From Octopus vulgaris (taxonomy: Eukaryota), in contig OX597822.1 in NCBI GenBank assembly GCA_951406725.2, positions 54,684,001 through 54,748,000 of the forward strand: a DNA stretch of 64,000 nucleotides, in the 5' to 3' direction. Under the pieces are notes generated by a model, which was not told where the DNA came from, did not search any database, and worked only from the letters and a program-made list of their open reading frames with translations. A program made the translations under genes and the position numbers. Below, piece by piece: positions 1 through 12,124 of this stretch (its first letter is position 1; each line of letters begins with the position of its first letter).

Positions 1-302
1 TTGTAAAAAGCACCATCCAAATGTGGCCGATACCAGTAACCCCTGATTGGCCCCCATGCTGGTGGAACATGAAAAGCACTATCTGAATGTGATCAATGCC
101 AGGTCCACCTGATTGGCTCCTGTGCTAGTGGCATGTAAAAAGCACCCCTTACACTCTTGGAGTGATTGGTGTTAGGAAAGGCATCTAGCTGTAGAAACAG
201 TGCCTAATCAGATTGGATTCTGGTGCAGTCGCTGGCTCTCCAGACTTCAGTCAAAATGTGCTACCCATGCCAGCATGGAAAACGGACATTAAATGATGAT
301 GA
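1..302 (+). mobile_element. SINE-like repeat family C (internal ~60-66 bp tandem units, GGAAGGGCATC-type motif, (ATG)n tail)
   Basis: Repeated gtgctggtgg..taaaaagcac units, then gttaggaaaggcatctagctgtagaaac and catggaaaacggacattaaatgatgatg tail; homologous to copies at 3140, 27135, 31995, 53968 and 63027. Confidence 0.8.
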
Positions 303-411
303 CACACATGTACATATATACATGTGTGTGTATATAAATATGTACATATATACGTGTGTGTGTGTATATATGTATATTGATATGTGTACATATATATGTG
401 TGTATACATAT

Positions 412-560
412 CATCATCAACATTTAACATGTGCTTTCCATGCTGGCATGGGTTGGACGGTTTGATTGAGGACTGGCAAGCGAGGAGGCTGCACCAGACT
501 CCAATCTGATCTGGTACAGTTTCTACAGCTGGATACCCTTCCTAATGCCAACCACTTCTA
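412..560 (-). mobile_element. Family C 3' fragment, inverted relative to 1-302
   Basis: catcatcaacatttaac...ttccatgctggcatgggttggacgg...cccttcctaatgccaaccac is the reverse complement of the family C 3' end. Confidence 0.8.
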
Positions 561-750
561 GAGCTGAAGCTGACCCAGCCTTTCGACCTATGTTTTCCAT
601 GCTGGCATAGGTTAGACAATTTGACTGGAAACTTGGAAGCCAGGGGGCTGCATCAGATTAGAACCTGGTGCTTACCAACTTGCACTCAAGCCATCCAACC
701 CATGCCAGCATGGAAAGCAGATGTTAAATGATGATGATGATGATGATATC

Positions 751-1212
751 AAGGGTTTAGCAGAAAGAATACAAGGAAAATAAGTTAGACGAAAGCAGAG
801 CAAATGCGAAGCAAGACGAAAACTTAACAGCTGGGAAATTAGACAAAGACATGATACACAGAATATTTGCAGCTGAGTTTTCCTTGTCAGTCAATGGCGC
901 AAAATATCATAGCAGTTTCACACCAATTACCATTGATACTTCTCAATTTTGTAGGCACCAGTGCTTTTTATTAAGCTGTTGGGAAGTTAGCGAATGTGTA
1001 CTAAGAGAGAAACCAACACAACATTATAGACATACAACAGACAAAGAATTATGCATATATAACAGCATGATGCCTTATATAAAATAATTATACATATATC
1101 ATAAATACAACAGAAAGAGCTTTGCAGCTATCGAATGACCTTAATGAGGTTGCCGAAGAGGAAATGGAATAACACCTAGAGATCATAGCAGGAGCTGAAA
1201 CTAGCAATGACC
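751..1212 (+). mobile_element. Possible decayed Penelope-like element 3' end
   Basis: Interrupted frame KCEARRKLNSWEIRQRHDTQNICS loosely resembles a GIY-YIG C-terminus; downstream ccgaagag...gctgaaactag resembles a degenerate hammerhead core. Weak. Confidence 0.25.
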
Positions 1213-1486
1213 ATACATATATACGTGTTTATATATATGTATATATATATCAAAAGGATGTGTTATGATACTATTTCACAGCCATACCAACAATCCAACA
1301 TAACTCCATCATCAGCTGTTCTATAGGTATCATTATGTTTTTGACACCTGGGCAGTACCATTCAATCCAGCAGTGTCAACAGCACTAAAATCAGTATTGT
1401 CTGGAAACAAACAAACCAAAGAAACCACAACTTTCAAACACATTTACCCTGTGTACAACCATATCGATTAAAAAAAACTAAAAAAA

Positions 1487-1520
<34 letters not shown>

Positions 1521-1576
1521 TTCTGTGTGTCTGTTTGTTGTATGTATATATGTGTGTGTGTGTATGTATATATATA

Positions 1577-1671
<95 letters not shown>

Positions 1672-1700
1672 ATGTATATATGTATGTGTATGTATATATT
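1487..1700. repeat. Compound (TA)n/(TG)n microsatellite, representative of many similar tracts in the window
   Basis: Read directly; explains the three overlapping C/V/Y/I-rich ORFs here. Confidence 0.95.
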
Positions 1701-1785
1701 ATAATAATAATAGTAAGGAAAATGATTCCAAACTTACAGGGAAAAAATTCAATTTAGCAATTCTAAATCAAATTTCACAATATAT

Positions 1786-2493
1786 ATGTATAAAAATTTA
1801 GAGAAAAACATCTATTAAACAATTCAACAGTGAAAGACGTTATTTACACCATATAGAAAAAGTTAAATTTAACAGTATTACTTAAAATAAAGCATAACAT
1901 ATCTTATCGAAGAAAGATATGTTATTATTTAAAATTTTAAACGTAATATGTAGAACTTAGCATTTATAAGAAATTTATTGCATGAAAACATTGTGTAATC
2001 AAAAATTATAAAATAAATAGATAGATAAATAGAAATATGTATTCAAGCTGTTAAAAAGACAAAATATATTTAGCTGTGAGAATAAGAAAAAAACTAACTG
2101 TAATATACTTACGTATTCTAGTTTGAAATTATTTAGACTTTAAAGTTTTCCAGTAAATGGTATATTACAGTTTTTTTTTTTATTCTCACAGCTAAAATAT
2201 ATTTTGCCTTTTTAATAGCTTAAATACATATTTCTATCTATCTATCTATTTATTTTATAATTTTTAAATACTCCATGTTTTCATGCAATAAATTTCTTAT
2301 AAATGTTAAGTTCTACATATTATGTTTAAAATTTTAGCCAACAGAATTTCTTCAATAAGTTATGTCTTTATTTTAAGTAATACTGTTAAATTTTATTCTA
2401 TTATTTATTGTTAAAACACATATTTTTCTATATTTATTAATTAATTTATAAGTTAAGATACGTACATTTATTATATTATTTATATTATATTGC

Positions 2494-2535
<42 letters not shown>

Positions 2536-2795
2536 GACCTGAATGAGTGGCTATATTTTTAAACAGAATTCATTTTAGATCGATTTAGTTTTAATCAAAT
2601 TGATTTTATTGTTATTATCTATTTGAAAATATAGCCACGAAATGCACGTAGTCTGTTTACTATTTATTGTTTATGTACTCCATTGATTTTTAGAATAATG
2701 TTTTTTATAATATATTTAACTTTTTCTATATGGTGTGAATAACGTCTTTCACTATTGAATTGATTAATAGAGGTTTTTCTCTTAATTTTTATACA
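1786..2795. repeat. Long imperfect inverted repeat (foldback element) between microsatellite tracts
   Basis: Left arm ~1786-2108 is the reverse complement of ~2160-2394 plus ~2715-2795 (e.g. gaaagacgttatttacaccatatagaaaaagttaaat vs atttaactttttctatatggtgtgaataacgtctttc). Confidence 0.9.
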
Positions 2796-2798
2796 TAC

Positions 2799-2829
<31 letters not shown>

Positions 2830-3051
2830 AGGAGAAAATGGATGTAATAACAAGCGGAAATAACAAGGGAAACTCAGGCATACCAGCAAAAACGAGTTTC
2901 CCCTTGTTATTACGTCCATTTTCTTCTCCTATATAACCTAAACTACAGTCTACCAACTGAACCACCTGCTACCATACAACTTTACAAAAGACTGTACCTA
3001 CCCAGAGGTATTAAACTCCTCTGACTGATACCTACTATATATACATATATA

Positions 3052-3101
<50 letters not shown>

Positions 3102-3139
3102 GAAACAAATATCAATGGAAATAGTAGTTGTGATACCTA

Positions 3140-3521
3140 TGCCGGTGGCACATAAAAAGCACTATCCGAACGTGACCATTGCCAGTGCCGCCTTGACTGG
3201 CTTCTGTGCCAGTGGCACATAAAAAGGCACCATCCGAACGTGGCCGATGCCAGCGCCGCCTTGGCTGGCTTCCGTGCCGGTGGCACATTAAAAGCTCCAA
3301 CCAATCGTGGCCGATGCCAGACCCCCCCTGGCACCTGTGCAGGTGGCACGTAAAAAGCACCCACTACACTCGCTGAGTGGTTGGCGTTAGGAAGGGCATC
3401 CAGCTATAGAAACACTGCCAGATCAGACTGGAGCCTGGTGCAGCCCCTGGCTTCCCAGATCCCGGTCGAACCGTCCAACCCGTGCTAGCGCAGAAAACGG
3501 ACATTAAACGATGATGATGAT
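3140..3521 (+). mobile_element. Young family C copy with four internal tandem units
   Basis: CpG-rich; four gtggcac.t.aaaa.gc units ~65 bp apart, gagtggttggcgttaggaagggcatccagc, then the (ATG)n tail. Confidence 0.85.
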
Positions 3522-3795
3522 ATATATTGGTGTGTGTGTCCAACCCATGTCAGTATAAAAAACAGATATTGAAATATGATGATGTGTGTACATATAGGGA
3601 GCATTAATTAACTGCTTTTATGATTTTACTATAAATATTATTGGTTATTAAAAGCATTATTAGTTTAAGGCAAATGAATGTCAAAATCATCAGTCTGAGT
3701 TACAGAAGAGAAACAAATTCATGTATTGGTCAATTGTTGGGTAGATGATAATAAAATCATATGGTTAAAATTTAACTTAAACGAAGTATTATATT

Positions 3796-4187
3796 TTGTA
3801 AACAAACTTTGGAAGCATCGACTGTGTTTCATATTTTACAGACAAGAAAGTAAATTTCAAAAACAGTATAACCGTGAAAACAGCGGAGACACTGGGTATT
3901 TTACACTTATTATAAGACTGAAAAAAAGCTGCCAGCAGATGGCTACAGAACTCAAACCCATGCACCTCAGATATTGGCTGAATACTCTACCATTGAGCTA
4001 AATGACCCACTGACAATGATTTAATGCTAAATAATAATAGCTTTTGGAATGTAACATCTTGTAAACAAACCTTAGAAATGTCAAATGTGTTTCGTATTTT
4101 ACAGACAAAGTAAATTTCTAATGCAATATAGTTTTTACAGCTATACTACATTTGGAATTTACTTTCATATCTGTAAAATATGCGGCA
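3796..4187 (-). mobile_element. Partial-tandem plus inverted repeat unit with a tRNA-like Pol III cassette
   Basis: Direct repeats 3796-3870 and 4059-4130, inverted copy 4142-4187. Minus strand 4008-3921 reads GGGTCATTTAGCTCAATGGTAGAG...GGGTTTGAGTTC...CAGCTTTTTTT (A box, B box, T run). Confidence 0.6.
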
Positions 4188-5426
4188 TTATATATTGTTA
4201 CATATAAATTTGAGTGATTGAATGATAGGCACTAAAGTATAACCAATACAGATGCCTTCTGGCAAGTGTTATTTTTTTTTTTCCTAAATGGCTTAGAGGA
4301 AGAATAGTAGCAAGCATAGCACTTTTTAGGTCCTCCAAGACTGATGGGAGAAAGTTATTGTCAGATTAAGAGCCTGTCCTGAATATTTGTAAAAGAATGG
4401 TCTCTACTAAAGACCTGCCAAAGGCCAGGTTATGGTGTTAAACCAGGTGGCAGACATTTTAAAGCAAACAGTTGATTAGTTTGACTGGCATATTACAGGT
4501 ATTTATTGGAAGGAATAAAATCTAGAGTCGATTTCAGTTGGATACCAAGTTGAAAATATGCACTAGGTGCAGTAAAATGTCTAGTGGAACCCTCTATCTA
4601 TGGATATTGGGTGTAAGAATAAATGTAGGTCATGAAGTGTTTTCTTCTGTATATGGCTAAAGATAAATAAAAACATGCATTCCATCACGAAAACTGATAC
4701 AAGGATATGTTTACTCAGAGATAGCAAAAGAGAACAATCTTTTGTATAATGCTATCGTCTGTGTTAGTTCAATGGAAACTGAGATTTCTCTGTTAACGTT
4801 TTTCGGTTTTCATTAATTTTCAAGGTTTGTATATCACTCTGCTGTGTCAAAGGGCAGTTTATTGTATAATATAATCATAAACTAAATTGTAATGCTGTAG
4901 AAAGCAAAGAAAGAAAAAAGGGAGAACCAATTACGTGATTAAAACAAGAAATATTTTATAATTATCTTGTTGGTTGAAGCACGCCCCTTTAGGTCACTTA
5001 AAAGAAATTATTTCATAGTGTATGGAATTGGATTGTTTCTAGTTATGGACATATGATAAATAGGTCTGAGAAATAGGTCTGAGAATGTTAACTGTTGTTG
5101 TATAACTCTAGATCATCTCTGATCAGGCAGTACTATGGGCATATAAGGTGGTCTGCTGAATAAGTAGGCACAACCCACTGATCTATTTTCCAACATTTGT
5201 ACTAGAAAATCAGCTTAGTCTCAAGACAGATTGGTCTCAAAAGGGTTGTAAACCTTATTACCTACTTCTGCATAGTCATTGAACTGCAAGGTGGTGCCCT
5301 AGCATGGCTGGAGTCTAATAACTAAAATATGGCTTGAACTCATCAGTTTGCTATAAAAAGGACAACAATGTAACCTCCTGCACGTACCTATCCTTCAGAA
5401 AACAAATATCTATGTGTGTGTGTGTG

Positions 5427-5483
<57 letters not shown>

Positions 5484-6134
5484 CCTGTGCCCAATTTTGG
5501 CAGAATGTAATGTACTGATTCAGAAAGAGAGGCTGACACGTATTTGGCTGGCACTATTCCAGTGTTGAGTGGCTTGTCTGTAGAATTTTCTGTATGTTTA
5601 TCACTTAAAACATTCTCCTACACTAATGTGATTGTGAAATGTTGCTTCCTCTTGTTGTTGTTGTTTTTTTATGTACATCTGTAATATGCCAAATTTACTG
5701 CCACCACAGACCAACACAACACACTATCAATAACAATATCACTACTCACGCCACTACCCCCACCCCCCATCAATGCCATCAGTTTCACTATTGCCACAAC
5801 CATTCATCATTACCACAACAACCACCACCACCTCCAACAACAACAACTTCAACACCTATATTGGTTGCTAACATCAACCCTGGCACCTTCAGTGCTAATT
5901 TCATCATCCCCACTACCACATTCACTGTTACAAACACTACAGGCATTATCACCACAGATTCCACCGGCATAACAACTGTTATGGTGATGATGATGATTAT
6001 GGTGATTTGACACAAATTTCCAATTTACTTTAGAATAAGTACATACGAGGAAATGAAGCTTGAGTTACTTTTTTTTTTTTTCCCATATGTTCAAACTAAT
6101 AAAGTGAAGAACTGTGATGATAATATAGTAATTG

Positions 6135-7202
6135 TTTTCTAATATAGGCACAAGGCCATAAATTAGTGAGGGAGGTGGGGTTAGTGGTAATATATTTTAT
6201 CAACCCTGGAGAGACGAAAGGCAAAGTTGACTTTGACAGGACTTGTACCTAAGAGTATACAGAACCAGAACAAATGCTGCTAGGTATTTTTTCTGATGTT
6301 CTAATGACTACTAATTTATTTGTAATTAATACTAATTAAAATAGTTTCTAATTTTGGCATAAGGCCAACTGTTTTAAGGGGAAAGGTTAGTTGATACCAT
6401 TGATCCCCAGCACTTGATTGGAGTTTTATTTTATTGACCCTTTCCCCACCCTCTAGTGTTTGATCAAACCCCGAAAAACGAAAAGCAAAGTTGATTCTGA
6501 CAACTTTGAATTCAGAACATAAAGATCCAGGAAAAAATATCACAAGGCATTTTTATGAGGCTCTAACAATCAATCTTGCTAATTCACTTTTATAATAATC
6601 CTTTTTACTATAGGCACAAGGCCTGGAATTTGTGGGGAGCAGGGATAGTCGATTATATTGACCCCAGTACTTGACTGGTTCTTAATTTATTGACACTGAA
6701 AGGATAAAAGGCAAAGTTGACCTCAGTGGAATTTGAACTTGTAATAATAGCAAAAACAACAACAATAATAATCCTTTCTACTATAAGCACAAGGCCTGAA
6801 ATTTAGAGGAGAGGGATAGTAGATTTCATTGACCCTAGTACCCAACTGGTACTTATTTTATTGATCCTGAAAAGATGAAAGGCAAAGTTGACCTCAGCAG
6901 AATTTGAACTCAGAATGTGAAAACAGATAGAATACTGCTAAACATTTCACCCGGTATATTAATGGTTCTGCCTGCTTGCCATCTATAATAATAATAATAA
7001 TAATAATATATATTTCTTTACTACCCACAAGGGGCTAAACATAGAGGGGACAAACAGGGACAGACAAAGGGATTAAGTCGATTACATCGACCCAGTGCGA
7101 AACTGGTACTTTATTTATCGACCCCGAGAGGATGAAAGGCAAAGTCGACCTCAGCGACTTTGCCTTTCATCCTCTCGGGGTCGATAAATAAAGTACCAGT
7201 TT
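6135..7202 (-). mobile_element. Cluster of ~5 co-oriented SINE family B copies in AAT-rich DNA
   Basis: Five occurrences of the a(g/a)gcaaagt(t/c)ga motif with ttattgacc..gaa core, separated by (AAT)n-like tracts; homologous to the intact copy at 59513. Confidence 0.85.
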
Positions 7203-7694
7203 TAATAATAATAATAATATAGGTATGATAGATTATTATAATTTCTTACTAGTATTCTATATCCTTAACAAAACTTTATGAGTGAAACCTTTAACTTTAA
7301 AAGAGGAGTGGAGTGAGAATTAGTAACATTTATACCTTTCAAAAAGACAGCAATATAATGGAAAGGAAGCAATTCGAAATAACAACCTAAGCTTTGTCAC
7401 AAACTCAGTTCATTAACTGGCACTTGGGCAGTTCTGTTGTGTTTCCACAAATATAAATGCTTTTCTGTGTTCATAGCTTTTTTTCCTCAAACTGGTAGAC
7501 TTTGAAACTCTCTTCCTTCTTATTCTTTTCCACCTCCTTATGACCTGAACTCTTTTGAGTATAAGCAAAATTCATACCTTTCATCTCAATTTCTTCTTCA
7601 TAGTCCTTTGCCTTGTTTTATCATTATAAAAATGATAAAAAGTATGACCAATAATCATAATATTAATGCAGCTGATCATGATAATAATAATAAT

Positions 7695-7842
7695 AATCCT
7701 TTCTACTATTGGGAGGTGTCTAGTTGATTACATCAACCCTAGTACTTGATTGGTACTTCAAACCTGAAAGTATGCAAGGCAAAGTTAATCCTGACAGAAT
7801 TTGAACTCAGAATGTAAAGCTTGATGAAAAGCCGCTAAGCAT
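7695..7842 (-). mobile_element. SINE family B fragment
   Basis: aataatcctttctacta...ggcaaagttaatcctgacagaatttgaactcagaatgt; tail end abuts (AAT)n. Confidence 0.75.
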
Positions 7843-9105
7843 TGATGAGCAATAATAAAAGAGAAATGGTGTTTTCTTTTTTCCTCTCTGTCAAGTTAGC
7901 TGTAGATTGATCATTAATACTTCTATATACACACAATGTTTATTCAATGAAATTCTGTACTCTTCTTCATCAATTCTACAATCCGACAATGACAGCAGAT
8001 TCGTTCTCCACATCATTCTATTTTTAATTAATTTTCATTAATTCAAAATCTGGAGTTATTTCTCTTGGATTTCTTGATGAGAGCTAATCATGAAGATAAT
8101 GAGTCTTTTCTTGTTATCTGAAAGGCTTTAATATTATCCACTTAAAATTTCTTGGTCCTCTACATCAAGTTTGTCAACACTCTCCTCCATCTCTTTAATA
8201 TTTCTTTGTACACAGCCTATATTTTACTCAGAAATTTGTCAGATCATGCTTCTTTTAATGCATGTCTGAGTCCCCCGCTTCCTTCCTCCTCATCAATAAT
8301 TCACAATGTTATCTTTGATCTTATATTTACGTTCTTTTACGTACTTCACCAATAGATTACTCTGCTATCAAAAAAAAAAAAAAAAAAAAAACACACACCA
8401 TATTATATGAAAAATCTTTTCTTTTGTCTTGGTTATATGGAAATACATACTGTTCCTCTCCTTTCACTCATGGGAAAAAAGATCTCCCAACATAGGAAAA
8501 ATATATAAATCTAGAGGTGATTCTCTTCCCTTGAGAAGAATATTCACTCTCTCTCTTTGTCTTACTCCATAAGCAACTATACACAACAGCAGCAGTTTCC
8601 AGTCAAACAACCATGTGTATAGAGTCGAGTCAGATAACTTATCATGAAGATACCTTTTATGTGCATCCTTCATCAGAGTTGTTGTGATTGCTTTTCTTTT
8701 TCTCTGTTATCATGTTTTCTTTTGGTTATCTTGAAATTACATTTGAAAGAGCTCTCCATTTTGTTCTATGTGGAAAAGTCTCAAAGCTCAGCCAATTTCC
8801 TTGATATGAACTGCATTCTAATTGTGGAAATCGAAATGTTATAGTAGTAGTAGTAGTTGTTGTTTAAAGACTATTCAAACTTAATTGAGCAGACCTATGT
8901 TCAAAAGCAATCCAGTTGTGACCACCCTGTTTATTTGTATATCTAAGATTATATAGTCCAATATATCCTTTCCTTTTGTAAGACAGTAGTTTGTAATTTG
9001 GGTTGCTATTTCTAGCTCATAGATTAACTATGTATAGCAAGTCAGGGTAGCACCATTTTTCCAGCAGTAGGCCTTGTGAGATAATACATATAAATTCGTC
9101 TACAC

Positions 9106-9290
9106 CAGTGCTCCACAACCTTTTTTTACCTGTGGTACACTTATATTCTTTCAAAAATTTGGTGGCACACCTGAACTAAAAATATAACTAAAAGTATAAG
9201 GGAAAAAATATATTCAGGTTATACTGTGACACACCTAGCATCATCTTGTGGCACACCATTATAATGTGGCATACCGGTTGTGGCGCACTG
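9106..9290. mobile_element. hAT (Charlie-type) MITE
   Basis: TIRs cagtgctccacaacc / ggttgtggcgcactg; perfect 8-bp TSD gtctacac at 9098-9105 and 9291-9298. Confidence 0.9.
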
Positions 9291-9778
9291 GTCTACACCG
9301 CTGAACCAATAACGTAAATGATTCGTTATATACAATAAGTAAATCAAATATATTTGATTCAAACTGGACGATTATGTTCCAAAATTTTAATAAAAAACAA
9401 TTGTCCTTTTTTACTTATTCCAACCCATGTGTTGTGGCCGTGTTGGAGCACTGTTTATATAATCTTGACATTCCACATGCCATGCAAAAGGTCAGCTTCG
9501 GTGCCACAAGTTTCCCTTACATGGCACACAGGCTCCCTTCTTAGTTTGTGAGGCCTTCTGTTGGTTGTCCTGATATTTGTTTTTTATTCTTTTCCTTTGT
9601 TGATTCACAGAATGGACTTCTTATACTTATTAAATGCCTAGAAATAAACCAGTCTGGATTTTTCTTTCAGCTAATTTCACTACAAATTGAAAGACTCTTG
9701 TCTCAGATTCTAGTTTGCAATGCAATACAGTAGAAGATAAAACTAATAAGGTGATCTTTTGTTTACATTAGATATTTG

Positions 9779-9819
<41 letters not shown>

Positions 9820-10951
9820 CATTATTATTATCATTTATCTTTTGAGCTTTTTACACATAAAATAGGGTTTTGCAGAAGATAACATCGAACTGTATACATT
9901 TTGCTCCAGACAAACTTCATTTTGTTAATTCACCAAAGGAGAGTTATTTACAGGGGGAGCAACAAGATTGACTAAACAATTTAGAAAGTGTAATGTTTTA
10001 CTTATCTCTGACTTGTTTATTGGGTGTCGGTTCCAGTCAGACATTTGGTATGGTATTACATGTCTATGATTAGCTTTTTACATCCTCTACAAGTGTTTTC
10101 TTTTTTTGTGGGTGTGGTTCCCAGTGAGATATTAAAGGGATTTGTTTGTCATGTCTGTTAAAGAGGACGTTTGCTTTCTTTTATTTTTTAACTTTTTGTT
10201 CTACATAAGACCCCCTCATTATCCAGACAAATATATACTGTTCTAATTTTTCTTTTTCTTTTTTTTTTTTTTCTTTCATTTTTGAGAGATATGAATTTCT
10301 GACTTCTGTCTGTTCTGATTCAGTTAACATATTGAAATACTATATTAACCCACCCCCCCACTCATCACCACCACCACCACCAACCCCATCTCAAAACCAG
10401 AAAAGCTGTAGTTGTAATTCTAAACTTTGGTGTTTATTATGATTCATTTTAAGACCTTATACTAACCAGCTTGAACTGGCCAGAGTATTTATTCTTGTGA
10501 AGTGTATTACAAAAATATATCTATTGACATTTTAATTACGCATGATTTTATCCTGATGGTTACAATATGGTTTCTTTTCCTTTTCTATTCCTGTTACAAG
10601 ACAAACCTGTGTAGTTTCCATAAAATATCTAGTTTATTACATTGGCTGGTGGTAGTAGTGATTTTTAGCCATCGGTCAGTTCTGATTGAGTAGATCTATG
10701 ATAAAAGACATTCTAGCTCAGTTTTTTTTTAAATTCTTTAAATCATAATGTAGAGATACATTGTGATCTGAGGGAAATTTGGCTGTTATTCCTCGCAGGT
10801 TAAGTGAATCTATAGAACTTTGCTCTTTGGCTTAACATTGACCAGTCATTGTTGTTGCTTAACCCCAGATTAAATAGATCTGTGATAAAAATCATAACCA
10901 CCATGTTAATTTCTCTCTCTTCCTCTCTCTCTCTCTTCCTCTCTCTCTCTC

Positions 10952-10999
<48 letters not shown>

Positions 11000-12086
11000 T
11001 TTTAGGAGTACATCTAAGGCCATATTATCCAGTATATTTCTTTTCTTTCTGAAGGTAGGATGTAATTTAAGTGTGATTTGGCTGCTGTTTCTTGCAGGTT
11101 TATTAACCACATAGACGCTCTTTTGTAATCTTGTCCAGTTGTTATTGCTCATTATCTTACAGTAGATCTCTGGCCAGTTAGGTTTGTATAATTAGTTGGG
11201 TGCAAAATGTTGTGTGTGATGCATAAAATCAATATTGTTATATATGGTCCAGGTATCTTTGCTTTAATTGTCACTTATCCTAATCAGATAATACACGAAC
11301 TAACTCCCTGACAAGACAACATTCTACATCAATTATAACAGGATCAGAAGTGAGAGATATGTTAGCTGATTAACTATATGTTAATTTCGATGCCAATTCA
11401 TGCACAATATCTGTCTACTTTGTGATCCCCTCATCACTACCTCACAAAGCACAGGGAAATTTATGATTCACCAATGAGTTCTAATAATACTGAAACATGT
11501 GCAGAACTGTTTCCTGTATTTGCCTGTGTAATTCAAGTATTATTACATATAGGAATGGACGTGGGGGTTAAGAAGTTTGCTTCACAACCATGTGGTATTA
11601 GGTTCAATCTCACTGCTTGGAAGCTTGAGCAAATGTCTTCTATTACATCTTGGGGTCAACCAAAGTATTGTGAGTGAATTTGGCTGATGGAAATTGAAAG
11701 AAGGTCACTGTATATATCATCGTGTAACATCCATCTTCCATATTGGCATGAGTAGTATCATTGGACATAATCTGATGAGCTGAAGGATTGCACGAAGCTC
11801 TAATGTCTGTTTTGGCATGGATTCTTCAGCTGGGAACCCTTCTTGAAGTCCTTTTGACTTTGTGGTGAGAGAGTGAGGCAGCTTTGTCAGCTGTTGAGAG
11901 GCTGACAGAGGGAGAAGCTCAGGGGTCTTACTGTCAAAGAGTACATGGCTACCCAATATTATATAAAGGTGGATGGGAGTAGCTGGAAAAAGAGATAAAG
12001 ATTGTGCAGGCATGGTGTCAGTTTGTACCTTCAGAGTACAAGGTATGCAAAAGTGTGAGATATATATATACATATATATATATATT

Positions 12087-12124
<38 letters not shown>

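Noticed and set aside
1270-1320. Minus-strand CTGATGA...GAAA hammerhead (also 61985-62025)
   Set aside because: Stems I and III do not pair; too degenerate to call.
1505-1801. ORFs rich in C/V/Y/I/H/T (also 223, 25533, 44191-45045, 62202-62516)
   Set aside because: Translations of (TA)n/(TG)n/(CA)n microsatellites.
3140-3365. CRISPR-like regularly spaced repeats
   Set aside because: The spacers are homologous to each other, the array is part of a dispersed retroposon, the context is eukaryotic and no cas genes are present.
3921-4008. Functional tRNA genes (also ~35800-35865 and 51325-51390)
   Set aside because: B boxes are mutated and stems and anticodon arms are poor; treated as tRNA-like cassettes within repeats.
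5639-6015. Thr/Pro/His-rich mucin-like ORF (also 63317-63763)
   Set aside because: Cryptic (CAC/CAA/CAT)n simple sequence, open on both strands at 5.6-6.0 kb.
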